37,037 nt of DNA from an uncultured Bdellovibrionales bacterium (lineage in GTDB: Bacteria; Patescibacteriota; Minisyncoccia; Moranbacterales; UBA1568), in NCBI GenBank assembly GCA_964385005.1, contig CAYLMF010000003.1, positions 3,521-40,557 on the forward strand, in the 5' to 3' direction. Made by a program: the position numbers and the translations under genes. The notes under the pieces are model-generated. The model saw only the letters and a list, made by a program, of their open reading frames with translations, ran no database searches and was not told the origin of the DNA. Of the stretch, positions 32,522 to 37,037 are shown in pieces (positions within the stretch are counted from its first letter, which is position 1; the number at the start of each line of letters is the position of its first letter).

Positions 32522-33723
32522 ATCTATTGATTAGCATTTTTTCATTAGCAGTCTTTTCCCACTTTTTGGCTTTGGAAAAACTTATGGTTGGGAGTATACC
32601 GTTCTATGCCCTAGAGATTGTTTTTCTTGGTTTAGGAGCTGTTCTTTTGAAGGAAAAACTCAGTCCAAACGAAAGAAGTATAGATAAAGGCGTACTTTTG
32701 GGGGTAGTATGTATACTACTTGGTGCTCTATTTTCTACACTGCTTCATCCCTGGGAAAGTACAGAGCTTGGTAGGTTGAAATCTTGGTTTCTTTTTCCGA
32801 CGGCGTATTTCCTAGTAGGAATATACTTTCTTTCGTATCAAAAAAGACTCTCTCTTTGGGTAAGTTGGTTTTTTGGGAGCTCGGTTATTGCCTGGGCAGC
32901 TCTCTACGGGTATTTTCGAGAGTATATCACGTATGATAACCGTCTTGCTTTCCCATACACATCGCCAAATTTTTTGGCTTACTTAGTAATTCCGAGTGTT
33001 CTTATTGGTTTTTTTCTTTTAAGGAGTGTATCTGGATGGATGCGAGGAGGAGTCTTATTTCTCATGGTGACGAGTTTTTTTGTTTTGTATCAAACTCATT
33101 CGTACAATAGCTGGCTAGCTCTTTTGGGTGCATTGGGGATAGTTTTTCTTGGTGGAGTATGTATAGAGAAAAAGAAACCGTCTGTTAAGGTTTTGTTGAC
33201 CGCTGGGTCTATTTTTATTATGCTCATGGGCTCGCTTGCAGTAATTGAGAGCAATAATGCCAAATGGACGAATATTTTTGAACAAAGCGGACGCTCCTCA
33301 CTTGATTCTCGAGTGATGATTTGGCAGTCCGCACTGGCTATAGGTAGGGATCATCCTCTAAATGGTATAGGCGTAGGAAATTTTCAAGAAGTATACCTTC
33401 TGTATCAAAATAAATTTCCACCCTATCTTGAGTGGGCAGTACCGCAGCCACATAATTTTATTTTAGCGGTTTGGCTGCAAACGGGACTCCTGGGACTTTT
33501 GGGGATAGGTATCCTTTTGGGTAGATTGGGAATGCTCTTTTTTTATAGGGTGAGAGAAAATAACTCTACACTAAAGACAGAATATCTCTTGATTATTGCT
33601 CTTTGGGTAAGTTTTTTCTTCTATGGAGCGTTTGATACGCCATACTTTAGAAATGATCTCGCATTTTTGTTTTGGATACAGGTGCTCTTGACCTATATGT
33701 ACAGTTTACGTAACGAACATTGA
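32518..33723 (+). CDS. Second O-antigen ligase / polymerase-like membrane protein (Wzy_C family)
   Basis: It is polytopic and overlaps the upstream stop by 4 nt. QTHSYNSWLALLGAL, RVMIWQSALAI..HPLNGIGVGNF and PHNFILAVWLQTGLLGL fit the family. Confidence 0.7.
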   Translation: MNLLISIFSLAVFSHFLALEKLMVGSIPFYALEIVFLGLGAVLLKEKLSPNERSIDKGVLLGVVCILLGALFSTLLHPWESTELGRLKSWFLFPTAYFLVGIYFLSYQKRLSLWVSWFFGSSVIAWAALYGYFREYITYDNRLAFPYTSPNFLAYLVIPSVLIGFFLLRSVSGWMRGGVLFLMVTSFFVLYQTHSYNSWLALLGALGIVFLGGVCIEKKKPSVKVLLTAGSIFIMLMGSLAVIESNNAKWTNIFEQSGRSSLDSRVMIWQSALAIGRDHPLNGIGVGNFQEVYLLYQNKFPPYLEWAVPQPHNFILAVWLQTGLLGLLGIGILLGRLGMLFFYRVRENNSTLKTEYLLIIALWVSFFFYGAFDTPYFRNDLAFLFWIQVLLTYMYSLRNEH

Positions 33724-33725
33724 GG

Positions 33726-34868
33726 CTAGAGATCTATTTTGTAGAGCCTACCGGTCTGTCTATCTGTAAAAAAGAGGGAATCTTCCTTGGGTGAAAGTTT
33801 GAGGTCGGTGCTATCAAAAGACTGGTTGATATCTGAAAGTTCAAGAATACGAGTGCTCTTGCCAGTAGACAGGTCAATTTGCCAAAAAGTATCTTGAGAG
33901 GCAAGATTTTTTCCGTAGTAATCATTTGGCAGGGTAGCGTTATCTAGTCCTCCTGGAAGTGCATAGAACAGTCTGTTGTTATCTTTAGACCATACGACTT
34001 TGGAGATAAAGGTCGGTATGGTCAGGGCTTGAAATTGGCCACCGGACTTATTGATAATGCCAAGAGTGAGGGGTGTACCTTTTTGAGCGCTTGAGCTGAC
34101 GAGTACCTTTTCGCCATTTGGAGACCACAAGTAGTCTCCACCAAAACGTCCCTTAAATATAGGGGCACCTTTTTTTGTCTCAGAGTCAAAAGTGGTAAAA
34201 ATAGATTCCTCTAGTGCATTCGGCTTATTCCAGAGAGAAACACTATTTGACTGCGGGACAGCCTCTAGAAAGTATTCTTTTTTATCAACACTGGCGATCT
34301 CTTTCCACTCATTGCCATCCGGATTGGCCTTGTTGAGTGAGGATTCCCCAGAAGCATTTTTGAAAAGATAGTAGATTTTATCACCGAGGTTATTCCAGGT
34401 TACACGAGTAATTTCTGGCTTGAGAGGCGTGAGTGTTTTTGTGGAAAAAACAACTAGGTGCCAGCGTGGATACGGAGAGTTTTCGAGAAGCACTAAGGCC
34501 GAATCATTTTTTGGTGACCAGACAACACGCAGTACTTTGGCAGGCAGGTTACTAAGAAGAGTGCTTTTGTCTTTTCCTTCAAGCGTAGCCTTTTTGAAAG
34601 CTTTGTCATCATGTGAGTAGTAGTAGATGCTGCCATCGCTTGCAACAGTAGCGGTGAGGATATTCTCGTTAATAGGGTTTTCTACAGAGCTTGCTGGATT
34701 GATAGGTGTAGCTTTGCCAAAGCCATCTGAGCTGGTATCGGAGTCTTCTTTTTTGGCTTCGGGCGAAGTAGCATCATTGATATTGGTTTTGAATGCAAAA
34801 TTATAGGCCAACAAAAAAATAATGACCAAAAGAAAAAGAGCAAGAGATGAGTAAAACAGTTTTTTCAT
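33726..34868 (-). CDS. Membrane-anchored TolB-like beta-propeller (PD40/WD40-like repeats) protein
   Basis: An N-terminal TM anchor (LFYSSLALFLLVIIFLLAY) is followed by repeated W-SP-g/D-k-i-Y units (VVWSPKNDSALVL, YLWSPNGEKVLV, VVWSKDNNRLFY). The track start is a TTG at 34889. The ATG at 34868 lies 10 nt after the upstream stop. Confidence 0.6.
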   Translation of the reverse strand: MKKLFYSSLALFLLVIIFLLAYNFAFKTNINDATSPEAKKEDSDTSSDGFGKATPINPASSVENPINENILTATVASDGSIYYYSHDDKAFKKATLEGKDKSTLLSNLPAKVLRVVWSPKNDSALVLLENSPYPRWHLVVFSTKTLTPLKPEITRVTWNNLGDKIYYLFKNASGESSLNKANPDGNEWKEIASVDKKEYFLEAVPQSNSVSLWNKPNALEESIFTTFDSETKKGAPIFKGRFGGDYLWSPNGEKVLVSSSAQKGTPLTLGIINKSGGQFQALTIPTFISKVVWSKDNNRLFYALPGGLDNATLPNDYYGKNLASQDTFWQIDLSTGKSTRILELSDINQSFDSTDLKLSPKEDSLFFTDRQTGRLYKIDL

Positions 34869-34878
34869 GAAGATTTTA

Positions 34879-36201
34879 CTACGGTCCAATGAATTTTACG
34901 TGAAAATGAGCGCCGCTACTGTAGGTATACTGTCTAAAAGGAGCTACCTGAGAACAAGCCGGTCGATTAGAGGCTTCATTGACAAGTTGAAGTCCTGGCG
35001 TGCTTCCAACTGCTGCACAAAGGGCATCCCAACGAGGATCGTGTAGAGGTAGAGAGGTGCTGAGTCCGATATCAGCACAGTTACCAGAATCAGCATTACC
35101 AGATTTGTGACAATTGCTTTGAGATCCTCCGGTACGTATAGAGGAAGTAACATATATATCAAGACCCGAACGCTGCTTGAGCTGTATGAGGCGATCAGCA
35201 ATATCTTTGCATATCTGGTTAGCTGAACTTCCGGTCAGTCTTTTACCGAGACCAGAAGGAATGCTTACTATACCTCCAGCACAGGGTCGAGTGCTTCCAG
35301 TAGCCCCAGCTCCCCCGGTTCCGCCACTACCTCCACTACCACTGCTGGCATCTGGCTGTAAGGCAAGTGGCTGAAAGCGTGTGATATTAAGCTTTACAAG
35401 ATCTGGATTGATGACGTAGAGGATAAGGTAGGCAACAAGGGCTAAAGCAAGGCCAAAAAGAGCCCCTTCGATAGTGTGCTTGGCTGCACTGAGAGCCGAA
35501 GTATTGCCGGCGCTTGTAAGATACTGGAAGCCTCCAATAACAAGCATAAAGACTGCTCCGATAACAACAAGAACCATACCGAGGATATAAATTCCCTCTA
35601 GGTAGGCTTGAAAACTACTGGCATCTTTTATAAAGGGTACGTTTTCAAGTGGTATATAATCGGTGCTTACATTGACATTACCTACACTGCTTAAAGAAGA
35701 GGTTGATAGAGAGCCCGTTTCAGCAGCTGTAGGTGTGTCATTAGATACACAGCATGGAGTATCTGCTTCAGCACAAACACCAGCATATTTTTCAGTAGCA
35801 CTATCACAACTTGATTTGCAAGTGCCTCCGTAGCTGCCGCCACTGGCCTTGGGGAGTGTGCACGTGCTATCACGATACATAGCCTCACCAACCAATGGCT
35901 GAGAAACTGTTGACCCAGCAGGTGTGCAACAAGAATAATCGAGATCACTCCAGTCCCCACCAGTCTCACCACAATAGCCTTTAAATACTTTTCCTCCAGT
36001 ACAACCATCACTCTCCCCAAGGCCTAGAGAGCTAAAATCAATAGCTATGTATTGGCAATCTCCACCAAATCCTCCTTCAGTGGCTGATTTTTCACAGATA
36101 CTTTCACTAATAATCGGATAGGTAGGGTCTGCAGCCAAAGCAACAGGAATGCTTATTTGAAAAAGAAGGGTAGCAAGAAAAAGAGATTTTTTTATAGACA
36201 T
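34879..36201 (-). CDS. Secreted multidomain protein: Cys-rich repeats + CPR-type T4SS pilin-like (TrbC/VirB2-like) two-TM module + Gly/Ser linker + M15/LAS-type peptidase-like domain
   Basis: It begins with a signal peptide (SLFLATLLFQISIPVALA). Two 6-Cys modules follow, each ending in CC. The pilin-like core is IYILGMVLVVIGAVFMLVIGGFQYLTSAGNTSALSAAKHTIEGALFGLALALVAYLILYVINP. After the linker SGSGGSGGTGGAGATGS, the C-terminal YVTSSIRTGG...CHKSGNADSGNCADI...GAHFHV resembles the Peptidase_M15 pattern (SxHxxGxAxD ... HxH). Confidence 0.65.
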   Translation of the reverse strand: MSIKKSLFLATLLFQISIPVALAADPTYPIISESICEKSATEGGFGGDCQYIAIDFSSLGLGESDGCTGGKVFKGYCGETGGDWSDLDYSCCTPAGSTVSQPLVGEAMYRDSTCTLPKASGGSYGGTCKSSCDSATEKYAGVCAEADTPCCVSNDTPTAAETGSLSTSSLSSVGNVNVSTDYIPLENVPFIKDASSFQAYLEGIYILGMVLVVIGAVFMLVIGGFQYLTSAGNTSALSAAKHTIEGALFGLALALVAYLILYVINPDLVKLNITRFQPLALQPDASSGSGGSGGTGGAGATGSTRPCAGGIVSIPSGLGKRLTGSSANQICKDIADRLIQLKQRSGLDIYVTSSIRTGGSQSNCHKSGNADSGNCADIGLSTSLPLHDPRWDALCAAVGSTPGLQLVNEASNRPACSQVAPFRQYTYSSGAHFHVKFIGP

Positions 36202-36231
36202 ATTTTTGTATCAGTATTTGTAGTATATCAT

Positions 36232-36268
36232 AAAAAGCCTCTTGCTTTGAAAAAAGTAGAGGCTTTTT
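36232..36268 (-). terminator. Intrinsic terminator downstream of the RNR beta gene
   Basis: AAAAAGCCTCT (36232-36242) pairs with AGAGGCTTTTT (36258-36268). On the minus strand the hairpin is followed by a T-run, and it lies 26 nt after the stop at 36294. Confidence 0.7.
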
Positions 36269-36293
36269 AGAGAGATAATTTTTAGGGGTTTCG

Positions 36294-37037
36294 TTAGAAT
36301 TCCCAGCTGCCATTGAGACTGGTTGACTGGGTGTAGTTTACCACCGTAGTCTCAAAGAAGTTTCCTTTGTCGCTGTTGACATCTTGGAGTCTATCGAGAT
36401 GTTTGTAGGGATTTTCGATAGCTTCTGGAAAGAGTGGATCAAGACCAAGCATCGCTAGGCGTTTATTGGCGAGCCACTTCGTGTAGCCTTCGGTGGTCTC
36501 ACCATTGATACCAGGAATGCGGTTACCGAGGATATGGGTACTCCACTCAATTTCTTGGCGCACGGCCTCAGTAGTCATTTCACGGATCAAGGCTTCGTCA
36601 AAAATCTCAGGGAATTCATTTTTGATTTCTCGGATGATATTGGCAAAGATAGTGATGTGCGTGACTTCGTCACGGCGAATATAGGCAATCATACGTCCAG
36701 TCGCAAGCATCTTCATACGGTCCACCAAGGTGTCAAAGAAAGCAAAGCCATTGTAGAAGTAGATTGATTCAAGAAGGAAGTTGGCAACAATACCGCGAAA
36801 AAAGGTCTTGTCGTTGGGATCGTCGATAAAATCTTGGTAGATTTGTCCGATATACTTATTTCTTTCAAGGAGTGTTTTGTCATTTTGCCAGAAATAGTAG
36901 ATTTCTTCACGTTCTTTGCTCTCGACTACAGATTCAAGGATAGTAGCATAGGACTGAGAGTGTATAGCTTCTTGGTAGGCCTGGATAGAGAGGATGAGGT
37001 TTACTTCTGGTGAAGTGATGTAATCCGCAAAGTGAGG
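36294..37037 (-). CDS. Class I ribonucleotide reductase beta (R2) subunit, C-terminal part (nrdB/nrdF type; 5' end outside the window)
   Basis: The track ORF begins at an internal TTG at 36728. The same frame stays open to the window edge, and my hand translation reads ...FRGIVANFLLESIYFYNGFAFFDTLVDRMKMLATGRMIAYIRRDEVTHITIF..., containing the diiron ExxH motif (RDEVTH). Confidence 0.85.
   Translation of the reverse strand, partial: PHFADYITSPEVNLILSIQAYQEAIHSQSYATILESVVESKEREEIYYFWQNDKTLLERNKYIGQIYQDFIDDPNDKTFFRGIVANFLLESIYFYNGFAFFDTLVDRMKMLATGRMIAYIRRDEVTHITIFANIIREIKNEFPEIFDEALIREMTTEAVRQEIEWSTHILGNRIPGINGETTEGYTKWLANKRLAMLGLDPLFPEAIENPYKHLDRLQDVNSDKGNFFETTVVNYTQSTSLNGSWEF

Noticed and set aside
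1-37037. I considered alternative genetic code use (UGA as Gly or Trp), as seen in some CPR lineages.
   Set aside because: Long, motif-complete genes end at TGA, for example yidC at 27718-27720 and the second Wzy_C gene at 33721-33723. No recognised gene is split at an in-frame TGA. The standard code 11 fits.

Overview
This is a chromosomal window from a small-genome, low-GC bacterium. It resembles Candidate Phyla Radiation / Patescibacteria (Parcubacteria-like), but that placement rests on gene content only. The genetic code is standard: TAA, TAG and TGA all terminate long ORFs. Coding density is high, and most housekeeping genes have no recognisable Shine-Dalgarno (SD) sequence.

Core content:
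- rpsT / holA, a DUF3048 lipoprotein-like protein, mutM, polA and a TrmB-like regulator.
- tsaE, a DHH-like protein, a PilB/GspE ATPase, and ruvB and ruvC separated by two membrane-protein genes.
- A class A PBP.
- The origin neighbourhood: dciA-like, dnaN and dnaA on the minus strand, diverging from rpmH-rnpA-yidC-jag, with perfect DnaA boxes on both sides of dnaA.
- A surface-glycan cluster (flippase, two GT2 glycosyltransferases, two Wzy_C/O-antigen-ligase-like proteins), a TolB-like beta-propeller protein, a CPR-type T4SS-pilin-like multidomain protein, and a partial class I RNR beta subunit.

Most unusual parts:
1. A 1.6 kb small-gene island (7742-9385) that is poor in long ORFs and dense in hairpins. 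It has two near-consensus promoters with operator-like inverted repeats, strong AGGGGG SD sites that the rest of the window lacks, and a duplicated 41-nt hairpin module placed directly after stop codons.
2. A similar self-contained plus-strand cassette (3296-3833) embedded antisense inside a minus-strand gene string.
3. A cassette of 7TM protein, ATP-grasp-retropepsin fusion, unknown protein and CphA-like ATP-grasp (16482-20538), predicted to be an uncharacterised peptide-ligase system.
4. A secreted protein (34879-36201) that combines Cys-rich repeats, a VirB2/TrbC-like pilin module and an M15/LAS peptidase-like domain.

All family assignments come from motif recognition by eye. No database search was run.
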